This document shows positions 25,086-37,490 of a stretch of DNA of 64,000 nucleotides, piece by piece (the first letter of the stretch is position 1; each line of letters starts with the position of its first letter). Made by a program: the position numbers and the translations under genes. The stretch spans positions 3,038,001-3,102,000 of the forward strand of contig JAUFOQ010000016.1 in the NCBI GenBank assembly GCA_040285855.1, read 5' to 3'. The DNA is from Eukaryota sp. GEM-RC1. Lineage: Eukaryota. The notes below the pieces were generated by a model, which was given only the letters and a program-made list of their open reading frames with translations, was not told the origin of the DNA and searched no databases.

Positions 25086-25786
25086 TGGTTTTTGAGGCAA
25101 GTTCTTTTGCTATTTTGAATGAGGAAGTTGAGTGATAATCACAATTATTTGGCCATTGTCCGTCTAGGTTGAATTCATTCGTCGGTCTGCCACCGAGTAT
25201 GTGTTTGTATTGTGGTTTACACTGTTGATGTACTCACTTGTAAAATGGTGGATCCCCATCAAATTTGTGTCTGAAATCGAGAACACGTGGTTGTTTACCA
25301 AATGATGAAATAAGCTGATTGAAACGCATCAGTTTTTTCTTTTATCTCTAGACAGGATGTTGGAATTTAATCAACGTCTTGCTTTACAACAGATCACATT
25401 GATATGAGACCACAATCAAATCCATCATTTACCATCGTCATATTGTCCAAATTGTGAACATTGGTTCGTAGTTCTCTTAAAATTTTTTATCTTAATAAAT
25501 TGTTTAGAAACACTCTCAATTTACTAAAATTAACAAATATTGCAAACACTTTACTGCATCATCTCTGTAAAGTATTGCAAATATTGTAAAATGTTGCACT
25601 ATATTTAGAGTATTTGGTGTCCCTGATTTGTTGAAAGAAGCGCACAGAAACTATAATCCAATATCACTAAAATAATATATGTTCATAGAAGCCTAATCTT
25701 CATAGAAAACACTAAGAGCTAAAAGAACTTTCGTGATCAACAATGTTGATTCAACATAGACAATTGTCTGGTCTTTTCTTTGAAAA

Positions 25787-26704
25787 ATGCTTCTAGGATT
25801 CTTCTCAAAAGCTTCCACTTCTTCCTCTGATTATATAGGCCATCATTCAAGCCACTCTTCTCCTCAATGTGCTGTCTGTAATCAACCCCTGTTCCATTTG
25901 TGCACCACCTCATCTTCATCCACTGGACGACCTTCTGATCGAACTCTTTCAGTTTTCTGCTGTAATGACTTTTATTGTTGTAAAAATCCATCTTCTTGGT
26001 TAGTTGTTCGGCGAAAGCATGTGAGTGATTCAGCTCACAAATCCTCTTCAGACACAGAGTCTGAAGTTGATGAGTCTGGGCATATTGATAATTGGGATGA
26101 TGTTGCTTTTGGTGAAGATTCCAACCCTTTTGACCTTAACCTGACTGAACTATTAGGGAATTTCTCCCCCACCCCCACTGAACCTTCTTCTAGTTCTGAC
26201 CAACCTCTGAAGCCTTCAGAACCTTCTGTTCCAAAATGTGAGTGTTCAAACTGTTTCCCACACAAGTTTCTCAAGTTTGAACAAGTTGTTGTAAATGAAG
26301 ATTATTACTATGATGACGACGTTACTTTTGAAGAGATTTCTGATGACGAGACTTATCCTGAAGGCGATGAAGACTATGAAACTGACAATTCTGATGATTA
26401 TTTTCAAGAATATTGTCATTTTCTTAGATCCCAAGGCCACCCCATCCTTCAGTTCGAACCAGTATTCCCTTCAAAATCTCTGTCTACCAACTACTCACCC
26501 CCTCCTTGTAATTGTGGATCTTCTAGAAAGTTTGCTTTCCAAATATCCCCAACACTTCTTTCTGCTTTAGACGTTGACAAGAATGGTAGGAATAAGATTA
26601 TGGGTGGAGTTGACTTTTCTAGTGTTATTGTTTACGAATGTGAACGTAATTGTTTTAATGAAGATTCTGTTAATGAGTTTTGTTTAGTTAAGTTCTTGGA
26701 GTAA
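25787..26704 (+). CDS. PDCD2/PDCD2L (Tsr4)-like uS5 chaperone
   Basis: LLGF, CAVC, RTLSVFCC, SWLVVR, acidic linker, PPPCNCGSSRKFAFQISP, DFSSVIVYEC. Confidence 0.85.
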   Translation: MLLGFFSKASTSSSDYIGHHSSHSSPQCAVCNQPLFHLCTTSSSSTGRPSDRTLSVFCCNDFYCCKNPSSWLVVRRKHVSDSAHKSSSDTESEVDESGHIDNWDDVAFGEDSNPFDLNLTELLGNFSPTPTEPSSSSDQPLKPSEPSVPKCECSNCFPHKFLKFEQVVVNEDYYYDDDVTFEEISDDETYPEGDEDYETDNSDDYFQEYCHFLRSQGHPILQFEPVFPSKSLSTNYSPPPCNCGSSRKFAFQISPTLLSALDVDKNGRNKIMGGVDFSSVIVYECERNCFNEDSVNEFCLVKFLE

Positions 26705-27879
26705 GTTATTGGTGGGTTTTTGTTTTGAAGAAATGATTGTTTAGTTTAGTTTTTATTTATTTACTGGTCATCAGTAAGATTTAGTATGTTGCTGTTTTTG
26801 TTTCTCTTTCGTTCGTCTTTAAATATTCCCGATTTTTAAAAATTCGTTTCGTTGGATGGGTCTATTAGGGATGTCCAAATTCGGAAGCTGTTGAGAAAAG
26901 TATACATGTATGTCCAAGCAAAAGTCAGAATTTACATTCCTATTTTTCATTTTTGTGACTTTTGTTGATTTTGAATACTGGTTCGGTAATATACAAATGT
27001 TGAGAAGATGAGGATAGTAGATTATTATAGAAACTGTGCATGCTTACCCTCTGTCACGCCTGCAGTATTGGTACTCTGTAATATATTAACGAGGAGATGT
27101 CAAAATCTGATAGTAGGAAGAACTGACTAAACGCCTGCTATTTTTCAAACAAATATGAATATTGTTACAACAGCAATGGTCTTCTATATATGTTTTGTGG
27201 CAACGTCCAGTTACTTACCAATCACTTCATCGAGGTCAGATAAACAGCAATCAAAGATCTGAAATACCCTTCATTGTACTAGGATTTGATTTGTTTACGT
27301 CAATCTTTTCCACAACATTTCCAATTCTCCCCTCACTTAAAAATTAATATGCCTCTACATGCCAGTTGAAATGCCACGTGACACTTGTGTGTTTAAAGGT
27401 ACACACACGTCCATCAAACATTTGGTTGTTTTTAAAAATTCATATTTCTGTAGAAAGGTTTCCTTTTGCAAATATATTTGCACAATACTTATTGTGTATT
27501 GTAATAGTGTATTGTGAATCAGTTTTTAGTTACAATATAGATGTTGTATGTGAGTTTATTTTTTTGGACAAATACAAGCATACCATCTACTATGCTTGTA
27601 TTAGGACCTCGACGATGTATATCATTTTCACAAAGTTGTAAAATAACTGTGGTGGTGTTGACCAGGAATTTTCTTTTCTGTGTCTAGTGTTTCATATCTT
27701 TTATTTGGATTTGCATTTTTGTCCCCTTCATTCATTTACACACTATTTTTGATTACACTAAAGAGTTCTTTCAATTTCTGAGGATACTCATTGTAAGTGT
27801 TCCAATACACGCAAGTGAAAGTGTTTGCTTGTCAGATTATCGATATACTGGATGTTGACAGAGTTAAACTTTAATACGG

Positions 27880-28554
27880 AGTATTGTTATCTAATACTAT
27901 GTGTTGTTGTGAAAAGAGACCCAAAGCTGTCTTCAGACACATTGTTAGTTGCAAAAAATTTCTTCAGTTTAGATCGATTTTACACAATGCTGTTCGTGAC
28001 GTTACGTATGAAATGTTTAAATGTCATGGGTTTAATGGGAAAATCGAACCTATTCTTAAGCATTATAGTGTTGATAACATTACCAATTCTCGACGAGGTG
28101 ATCTCATTGTACCATATCTTGATTCTTGTCAACCAGTGATAGATTTTACTACTGTTGATCCATGTGCTAAAATATATTTGAATTCAGTTTCGAGTGACAC
28201 TGAAAATCATTTATCCAAAGCTGAAAAAGAAAGATTAGTACATATTCTGACACAGAGATCAAACTGACTTCCAACTTGTATTCTTCTTTTAAGTTCATTC
28301 CTTTTGCTATTTCAATTCTTGGTAATATTGGAATTGCTACTGAAAATTTCTTTGATGCCTTTTCAAAGTTGTGCCGCGACCATGGGAAAAATTTTAATCA
28401 GTCTCTTTGGCGCAATCGCATTGTTTTTTCCTTATATAGAAGTTTCCCAACGTATTTGAATCGTATTCTGGACAAATTGTATAGTGGTGGTTCAAGAGTA
28501 GATGTGGATTCTTATAATCCACGTTCAACAAAAAATTGTGTTCAGACTGATTAA
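27880..28554 (+). mobile_element. RLE non-LTR retrotransposon 3' fragment, family D
   Basis: C..HIVSC, HNAVRD, RRGDL, IDFTTVDP, FIPFAISILGNIG, WRNRIVF. Confidence 0.85.
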
Positions 28555-28662
28555 ATAGCATATATATATGCTATATAGTATATATATGTTTTAATAGTGT
28601 TTATTTATTTGTTGTTTTCTTGTTGTGTGTTTTACTCCGCACATAAATCCGTTTAAGTTAAC

Positions 28663-30825
28663 TTAGTACCACATTTTAAGTCTAGGATTAAGATTCAACG
28701 CCTCTGCCAAAGCTCTAGCACTTTCACTTCTGAAAAATTGTCCCTCAAATTGACACTTGTAACTGAAGCATTAACTTTCAATGCCTCTGCCAAAGCTCTA
28801 GCACCTTCATCTCCGATAGAGTTGTCCCTCAAATTGACACTTGTAACTGAAGCATTAACTTTCAATGCATCTGCCAAAGCTATGGCACCTTCATCTCCAA
28901 TAGAGTTGTCCCTCAAATTGACACTTGTAACTGAAGCATTAACTTTCAATGCCTCTGCCAAAGCTCGGGCACCTTCAGCTCCAATAGAGTTGTAACTCAG
29001 ATTAACACTTGTAACTGAAGCATTAACTTTCAATGCCTCTGCCAAAGCTCTAGCACCTTGATCTCCGATAGAGTTGTGACTCAGATTAACACTTGTAACT
29101 GAAGAATTAACTTTCAACGCATCTGCCAAAGCTCTGGCACCTTCAGCTTCAATAGAGTTGTGACTCAGATTAACACTTGTAACTGAAGAATTAACTTTCA
29201 ACGCATCTGCCAAAGCTCTGGCACCTTCAGCTTCAATAGAGTTGTGACTCAGATTAACACTTGTAACTGAAGCATTAACTTTCAACGCATCTACCAAAGC
29301 TCTGGCACCTTCAGCTTCAATAGAGTTGCGACTCAGATTAACACTTGTAACTGAAGCATTAACTTTCAACGCATCTGCCAAAGCTCTGGCACCTTCAGCT
29401 TCAATAGAGTTGCGACTCAGATTAACACTTGTAACTGAAGCATTAACTTTCAACGCATCTGCCAAAGCTCTGGCACCTTCAGCTTCAATAGAGTTGTAAC
29501 CCAGAAAAACACTCGTAACTCTAGCATTAACTTTCAACGCATCTGCCAAAGCTCTGGCACCTTTAGCTCCAATAGAGTTGTAACTCAGATCAACACTCGT
29601 AACTCTAGCATTAACTTTCAACGAATCTGCCACAGCTCTGGCACCTTCAACTCCAATAGAGTTGTAACTCAGAAAAACACTCGTAACTCTAGCATTAACT
29701 TTCAACGCATCTGCCAAAGCTCTGGCACCTTTAGCTCCAATAGAGTTGTAACTCAGAAAAACACTTGAAACTGAAGCATTAACTGTCAACGCATCTGCCA
29801 AAGCTCTGGCACCTTCAGTTTCAATATGGTTGCTGCCTAGATTAACACTTGTAACTGAAGCATTAACTGTCAACGCATCTGCCAAAGCTATGGCACCTTC
29901 AGATCCAATATAGTTGCTACCTAGATTAACATTTGAAACTGAAGCATTAACTTTCAACGCATCTGCCAAATCTCTGGCACCTTCAGCTTCGATAGAGTTG
30001 TATTTCAGGTCAATACTTGTAACAGAAGCATTGACTTTCAACGCATCTGCCAAAGCTCTGGCCCCTTCGGCTCCAATAGAGTTTTTACGTAGATCAATCC
30101 TGGTAACTGAAGCATTCACTTTCAACGTCTCTGCCAAAGCTCTGGCACCTTCAGCTCTGATATAGTTTTCATTTAGATCAATACTGGTAACTGTAGTATT
30201 GGTTTTTAACGCTTCAATCAATAACATAGAAACTGAGGTGCGTTCGATCACTGTTACTTCTAGTTGCTTAAGACGGGGAAATAAAGAAGAGGAATTGTTT
30301 AGAAACTCTAAATCAGAGGGTTCCCTTAGTTCGATACTCAATCCTGTAATTATACCAGAATAATTAAGAAATTTTTTAATTTCTAAGGTTCCATCAACGT
30401 GCAAGAAAACAGATTGTAGATCTGCTCCAAAAGAAAGAAGCAAGTGAAATTAGTTTGGGAAGCTGTTTAAGATCAGTATGAAAGGTGTGTAATTGAAAAC
30501 ACACTTTAACCGCTTGGAATGAAGAATCAAGGAAGTGACTACTTACATAGCCAACTTGTCCAAAGAATGTAGGTAATGCTGTTTTCAAACTAGTGAGTTG
30601 AGGATTAGTTCGATGGTGGTAATTTCCGAGAGTATCCTTGAGAAGACGTTTCAGCAGGTTAAGATGGACAAGAATCAACAAAGTTTGTTGAACATGGACG
30701 TTTTTAGAGGGAGTATGCGTGGTTGAAGACAAAACAGACAGTTCCTCACAGTTAGACATAACAGGGGAGACACTGGAAGGGGATGAACGCCTGCTTTGCA
30801 GAGGTCTAGGATGAGGTGTGGTCAT
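28663..30825 (-). CDS. RI/NLRC3-type leucine-rich repeat protein (frameshifts ~30435 and ~28735)
   Basis: About 18 28-aa units of the form VTSVNLSxNSIGAEGARALADALKVNAS after an N-terminal unique region. Corrected end LNPRLKMWY*. Confidence 0.9.
28700..30195 (-). repeat. 84-bp tandem coding repeat, ~18 units
   Basis: GCATCTGCCAAAGCTCTGGCACCTTCAGC recurs with 84-bp periodicity. Confidence 0.95.
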
Positions 30826-31123
30826 TCTAGATTGAAGATTCATTCTTTTACTGGGCGTTGAGATATCTGATCCGATCCGATCAGAACTACTCTAATCCGA
30901 ACCCCATCTGAAATCCGAACAATCATGATCTTCTGAGCCCTTTCTTGACTGTATGAGAACACCAATATCATATTGTTTATATCAATAAAGTAAATACAAG
31001 TACTATCCTGAGTCACTATCTTCATCTTCTGACAGCATCAAGCTGATTCCACCAAGATTTTTGAGAACACATAGCTTCAAGGACTTCTGATCCTAAGAAA
31101 CTTCGTGCAGCTATCATATTGCA

Positions 31124-31208
31124 ATGGTTACAATTGTTGATCTTGTTGGAAACAATTTTGGAGATGAAGGTGCCAGAGCTTTGGCTGAGTCGTTCAAAGT
31201 TGATGCTT
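31124..31208 (+). pseudogene. Isolated single LRR unit
   Basis: VTIVDLVGNNFGDEGARALAESFKVDAS, one unit, in opposite orientation to the LRR gene. Confidence 0.7.
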
Positions 31209-31524
31209 CACATCAAGTCCTGTATAATAGTAGTTCAGATGATGTAATAGGTTATGAGTGTAGTGGTGTTAGACTTTACAGAAATACTTACTACTATATG
31301 AACAAGAACCCATACTTCCTCTGGTGAAGTTCATCACAAATGACTGATCGAAAAATAGCTGCTGTACATGTAAATGATAGAAAAGACGTTTGACGACACA
31401 TCAACACTTTGAAAATTTAAATATAATTACACGACGTGTTGCCAACCAATGTATTGTTCTGTTTAGTTGGTATAAAAAGACTAACTTTTCAAAAATATTT
31501 TTTCAGATTTTTGTTTTTATTGTT

Positions 31525-31715
31525 TTATTATAAATGTAATAGATCAAACAACTAAAATTTGATATCATTAAAACAACACCCATCACTATCAAACCGTACA
31601 ACAGCTTTGTCCTCATAAAAGGAACTCACTGCTAATAAAGCTTTGGAGATGATTAGGGGAATTGTTTCAAAAACAGTAAAAACGATCCGCTTCAACCATA
31701 ACACACAAATAGAGT
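31525..31715 (-). mobile_element. RLE family B 3' end
   Basis: WLKRIVFTVFETIPLIISKALL..FNDIKF*, then AATAAA and an A-rich tail. Confidence 0.75.
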
Positions 31716-33088
31716 TCTATTTCGGTACACAATAAGGTAACCTTCCTACAAACTATGAAATTGTAAAAACAAACAAATAATACTAAGATTAAATCCAAAC
31801 GACTTCATCACCACCCGGTAAAAGATTACGTTTATCAACATTAACCTTCACACCAAACTTGTACAATTTCCCAATTAATCTAGAGAAATAGAAAGGCATA
31901 TTCCGATATATGGAAAACACACTATGGTTTTTCCATTCAGCCATTTCAAACTTTCGCTTCTTTTCTTTACACAATTCTTCGAAATCCTTAAAAAATTGAT
32001 CACCAGCAGGACTAATAGATCCAGAAAGAGAAACAGCAAAAGGTTGAAATACAAATTTGGAATATGAGTTTCTATTTAATTCTTCTACTTGAGAGTCATA
32101 CTTGGAGTGTTTGAGCTTTTCAGCAGCTGTTAACGGGTTAAAAGAAGAATCTAATATCCTACTGACACAAGATTTGTTACATACATCTACTGTAGTAAAA
32201 TCCATTAATGATTGACTCGATTTAAGCCACGGAGTATGTAGATCCCCTCTTTTTTGATCAGTAAATTCATTTTGTGAAAGATGATTCAAAACTGGTTCAA
32301 CTTTAGAGTGAAAACCATGTGCTTTAAACATGGAATAACAAGAATCACGTACACCATCATAAATTACTGCACGTAGATGAATAAAATAACGACAATTAAT
32401 TAAATGACGAAAAACACCATTAGCTCCACAAGAGCAAGTTGAATAGTTTAATAAATTTGCAGGCCAAATAGCCAAACGAAGACGCATATTGATCATCCAA
32501 GCTTCATCAGATAGATGTAATCCAAACACCTTAGGAATTTGAGAAATAAATCCAGAAGGTCCACTATTACAAAGGTCCATTAAAAAAGCAGCGAACTCGG
32601 GGCTATTAGTTTTTGCCATGCTAATACAATTATTAAAGTCCAAGAGTTCAAACTCCTTTGTCAGCTTATTTTGCAGTTTACATACAGCACACGGTAGAGA
32701 TGAAATATTTTTTTAAAGGAGTTTCCTTCAAATGAGCAGGGAACAAAGATTCCCAAATTTCAGGAGACAAGGATGATAACGAATCTTTAGCAGATTGAAT
32801 CCAACGGCAATTACTGGAATTCAACAGATTGATTCCATGCAAGGGAAACCGTTTCAAAAATTCAAACATAAAATTCTTAACACCTCCTAAAAGAGCAGAT
32901 TTTCTTATGATTTTTGCATGGGTGAAACCTACTCCTGCGAATTCAGAAGAATAAAAAGCATGAAATGGAATCTTAGACTCATCAATTTCAGCCAAGTTAG
33001 AAAGAAAATTTGTTCTAATAGAATTAAATTTCTTGGCAAATGTTTCAGTGAGGGAATAGTCTAATGAACGTAAAAAATGATGAATTTT
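31716..33088 (-). mobile_element. RLE non-LTR retrotransposon, family A, 5'-truncated
   Basis: ORFs 32678-32995 and 31789-32643 with CSCG..HLINC, RGDL, MDFTTVD, AEKLKHSKY. Conserved 3' UTR GGAAGGTTACCTTATTG. Confidence 0.9.
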
Positions 33089-33250
33089 AAAGTAAAATAT
33101 CTTTATAGTAATACTGTAGTCTATTTTAGTCGGTCAAAAGTACAGTACCGGTAAATGTACCGTACGGTACGGTACGCCTAAAATGGCTGAGGTACGAAAC
33201 ATTTGCGTTCCATGATAGAATCCAGATATATATAATTGTGACATTTTCAT

Positions 33251-36200
33251 ATGAAACAAGAAGTTCCATGCTTTGTCCTTTTGAAAGGTATTCAGGGACC
33301 ATTTTCTATAAAAGGATCCTTTAATTTCTGGACTCGAGCTATCCCTTTAACACAATTAGGAGTAGGGCAATGTTACTTTGCCAAACTGGACAAACAGTCA
33401 TTTGAATACAAGTATTGTTCCAAGAATGCCATAGAACCTGGATATAACCGTGTATATCGTGATAACCGTCTTGATAAGGATCCCATCATCATCGATAATT
33501 GCTTAGGGCGCACCCCCTTCTATGCCGGTGATCTGCTAATTGCTCTCGCCAATGTTCTCCACAGTGGTCAGCAGTATATCAAAGATGTTGATTTTCTATG
33601 TCGCGTCACCAGAAGTATATTCGATATGGCTGTCGCTGAGCAATTTGTTGTGGATTGCTCTGCACATGAACTGACGCGAGGGATTTCGGTCGCCATCAGA
33701 GTTCTTGTAAGCTACCATCAACTTCCCCCTCCTCATTGATTGCTTAGCTAGGTTCAGGTCTCTTCTAAGTCACATATCCAACGAATCTCTTTCATTGCTG
33801 TTTAAGTCTCCACAGTTTTGGGGTTATCACAACTCATCTTCCATAGTCAACCATTTCCTCCAACATAACTCAGACCATTCAATCCTCTTCCCAGTCTTCT
33901 CCGCTCTTTCTGGTCACTCCTCCTTCCACCCAGATTTCAACTGTCTCTCTCATCACCAACACTTCCTGAGTCAAGGTCTCCGTTCTTTTAAAGATCAATC
34001 TCTACCCAGCTTTCTTCGTCTCGCTTCTTCTCCTTTTCCTAGAGAGCTTTCCCACCAATTCTGTGCGCAACTTATTGATGTTCTCCCCCGTAGCTACCTC
34101 TCTCTCAAGGTCCACGACACTCTTCACGAACAAATACTTAGTCGGCTTCAACGTAACAACAACTCCTTACTCCTCGCCAAGTTCCTCTTCAGGAACTGGA
34201 AGGATGACTTACTTTCCTCCGACAACTTCGTTAAGTCCATTGGCTTGATCATTCGACAGAACCCTCATGCTTTGGCGTTTGTCGCCACACATCTCAATAA
34301 CAATGCTCAGTTTTGGGATCATTTAAAGAAGTTTAAATACTCTGAGTCTGTTGTACAAGCTATTCCAGTCATTGTTGAATTCTTCAAACTAGACTCTAAA
34401 ACTCAAAAAGTTTTGATTGTAATCCTGCGAGAATTTGCTCAAAAAAGTACTGTTCATAATATGTTCCACCTTCTTGTGCTAGGTCTTCCAAAGATCTTTA
34501 ATGGATGGTCAGAAACTCCAGAAATTCTACGTTATTTAGTAGATCAATTTCCCAGAATCTCATCCGATTCTCTTGAAACCCTGCGTGAAGCTTACATTGT
34601 TCTAGAACTTGATATCATGAAAAGATCAAAGGTAATTAATTCTTTCATGGTTATTAAAAGACAAATTGAGGATACTTGGACTGTGACTGATATTGTGTTT
34701 GTTGCCACACATTTCAATAACAATTATCAGTTTTGGGAGAATTTGCAGAAGTTCAAACACCCCGAGTCTGTTGTACAGGCCCTTGAATTTTTCAAACTGG
34801 ACTCTGAAACTCAAAAAGTTTTGATTTTCATTCTTCAACAATTTGCAAAAAACAGCTCTGTTCATATTATGTTCCAAACTCTTGCGCTAGGTCTTCCCAA
34901 GATCTTTAAGGGAGGGTCAGAAACTCCAGAAATTCTGAATTATTTAAACTATGACCAGTTTTGGGACCATTTAAAGAAGTTTAAACACTCTGAGTCTGTT
35001 GTACAAGCTATTCCAGTCATTGTTGAATTCTTTAAACTAGACTCTAAAACTCAAAATGTTTGTATTTTCATTCTTCGAGAATTTGCTCAAAAACTTCTGT
35101 TCCTAATATGTTTCACATTCTTCTTCTAGGACTTCCAAAGATCTTTAATGGATGGTTAGAAACTCCAGAAATTCTCAAGTTTTTAGTAGAACAATTTTCC
35201 AGAATCTCATCTGATTCTCTTGAAACTCTACGTGAAGCTTACATTGTTTTAGAACTTGATATTATGAAATCATCAGTGTTTTACTTGAATCTACAAATGG
35301 ATTCTGAGGTAATTGATTCTTTGAAGAAGATTGAAAATGATTTATGGATTGAAACTGTTTGGATTGAAACTGATAATTCGGAGTTCGATCAGTGTATTAA
35401 GGAGATTGAGCGAGTTGATCCTTGGGAGAAGATTGGAAGACAGATTACGGACACTTGTAATGTGACAGATATTGTTGATTCTTCAAATGAAACAACTGAC
35501 CTTGAAAAGTTCATCTCAAATTGTCGTCATCATCATTCTTTAAATACAGCAGTTTTTGGGGGGTCTACTAGTAGTAGCTGTTTGCGAGTTATATTTTCTG
35601 AAATATTCTGTAAAATTGAGCGTTTCCAACACAAAATAAGAGATTTTATTACCATTGCAGATTCTTTTGAACTATCAGATGAAGTAAACGTCATCCAAGA
35701 GTTCAAAGATTCCCTTCCACTTTCTAATGAGAAGTTATCTAATGTATTGGCTAATCCAATTTCTACTGTTATCACTCAAATTGTTTCCGCCTTTTTGAAT
35801 GACGTTAAGTTTGATGATAATTTTCTCCTGCAACTATTGTTGCAAAGATCTCTTCTACGGCTCTATTCCGTCATTTCTATACTAGCTATGTTACTTCCAG
35901 TTCAAACGTCATGATTGAGCATCCTACCACTCTCCTTAGTGATGACGAAGTTGTCAAAGAGTCTTTTGAAGAAGATCAAGATGGCAATGTCCCTGCAGGA
36001 AGCATTCTCGCAGCAGCTGCTGCTACAATTTCTCAACAAATTCTACAATTCATTGCCCAACTTCTTGAGCCTGATGTCAAGGCTTCTCATTTGGAGTCTA
36101 TTTATAGTAGTTTTAAAGAAGAAGAAATGTCTAATGAAATGGAATTTCACCCTCCTTGATTCCTCTGGAAAACTTCAAAAGACGTGCTTTTCAATATCAA

Positions 36201-37490
36201 CTCAGGGGTCAATCGTCACGTGTGGGATCCAATCATTGCATGTTTCAGGAATATTTCTGGAATATTTAGTGTCATCAAAGTTTCAATGTCCATTGTTGAT
36301 AGAAAAATTCCTTCTGTTGCAGAACTTTCTTCAGAATCTCTATTATCTGACTTTGGATCTTACTCCAAGAAGTTCAGCTCAATGGTTGATTGTAGTCATT
36401 GCAATCGTACGTCACCGCCACTGTATTTACAAATCTTCCAACTTCTTAACAATGCGGATGACTTACTTTCAATTCTGAACAAATACTATACTTTAACACT
36501 TGAAGAACTTTCCTCTAAGCTCTATGGTAACTTTGCCGCCTCTTTTGTTCTTAGTAGCTCTGTCGCTCAGTTTTTTATTAGTATGTTGGATGATCCAAAA
36601 TCTCTATGGAATTCTGTATTAAAGCCAATCTTTGATGATGGAGCCATACGTCAGCTATTAAGAAATCTTCATGACTGGATGGAAGAAAATTGCCACTCTC
36701 CTCAACGTGTATCAGCATATGTTAAGTCAATCAATCAATTAAAGAGTGCAATTAAGGCGATTGATCAGCTGTTGGTCAGTGATGGTGATCAATCTGCATT
36801 GATTAACATCATTTCTAAGTGTAATTTCCAAGAAGGTATTTTACTTTTCAATCTTGAAACCATTACTGTCAGACTACAGCTTCCTACTGGAGAAGATAGT
36901 ACAATTGATATCCCAGAAGAAGAGTTTCATAGAGCTAGAGCTGAAGGAATTATTCTTAAAGCGAAATCTATTGAGAAAAACGAGGAACAAGTTGATCGAA
37001 AGTCTGGAGTTGATGATGAAAAAGAGATGAATTTTTAAATATGTGCCAGCTGGTTGATGAAACTCTTTTCATTTTGCGACAATTAGTTGATTGTGGTTTT
37101 CCCATCAAATCTGATGAGTCAGAACTTATTGTTAAGGTCGAAGAACATAACTCTGGTATTCAACAGCAAGTCGAGACTTTACGAGAATTACGTGATACTT
37201 GGATGACTCTCTTGGAACAAGCTCAAAATGGCTGGTTTAGAGGAATGTGTTTGAAGAAACAATCAAAAATTCTTTTAAATGTTCAAGTTTCTGATATAAT
37301 CCGTAATTTTGAAGTTCCGTCATCTTTTGAAAATGTCCCAGTCGAGTCCGGAATTGAAACTACTATTAAACTTACAGAAATATTCAATTCTGATGCTCCC
37401 AATGTCATTTTCCAATATAAGAATGTTCAACTTTTGAATAATTGTGTTACAAAACACCCTTTTTTGATTTTTTCTCGTTTCCCCCGATAA
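33251..37490 (+). CDS. Large protein: N-terminal CBM20/CBM48-like domain plus helical region with an internal triplication; RNF213 N-terminal-like (tentative). Multiple frameshifts.
   Basis: GSFNFW..IPL..FEYKY..EPGYNR. Consecutive ORFs join at homopolymers. Repeat units at ~34280, 34700 and 34955. Confidence 0.6.

Noticed and set aside
25490..27600. Possible solo hAT ends (GTCCCTG ~25625, TAGGGATGTCC ~26866, TATTG repeats ~27490)
   Set aside because: No matching TIR pair or TSD found.
28700..30195. 84-bp periodic repeat as a CRISPR array or satellite
   Set aside because: It is an in-frame LRR coding repeat.
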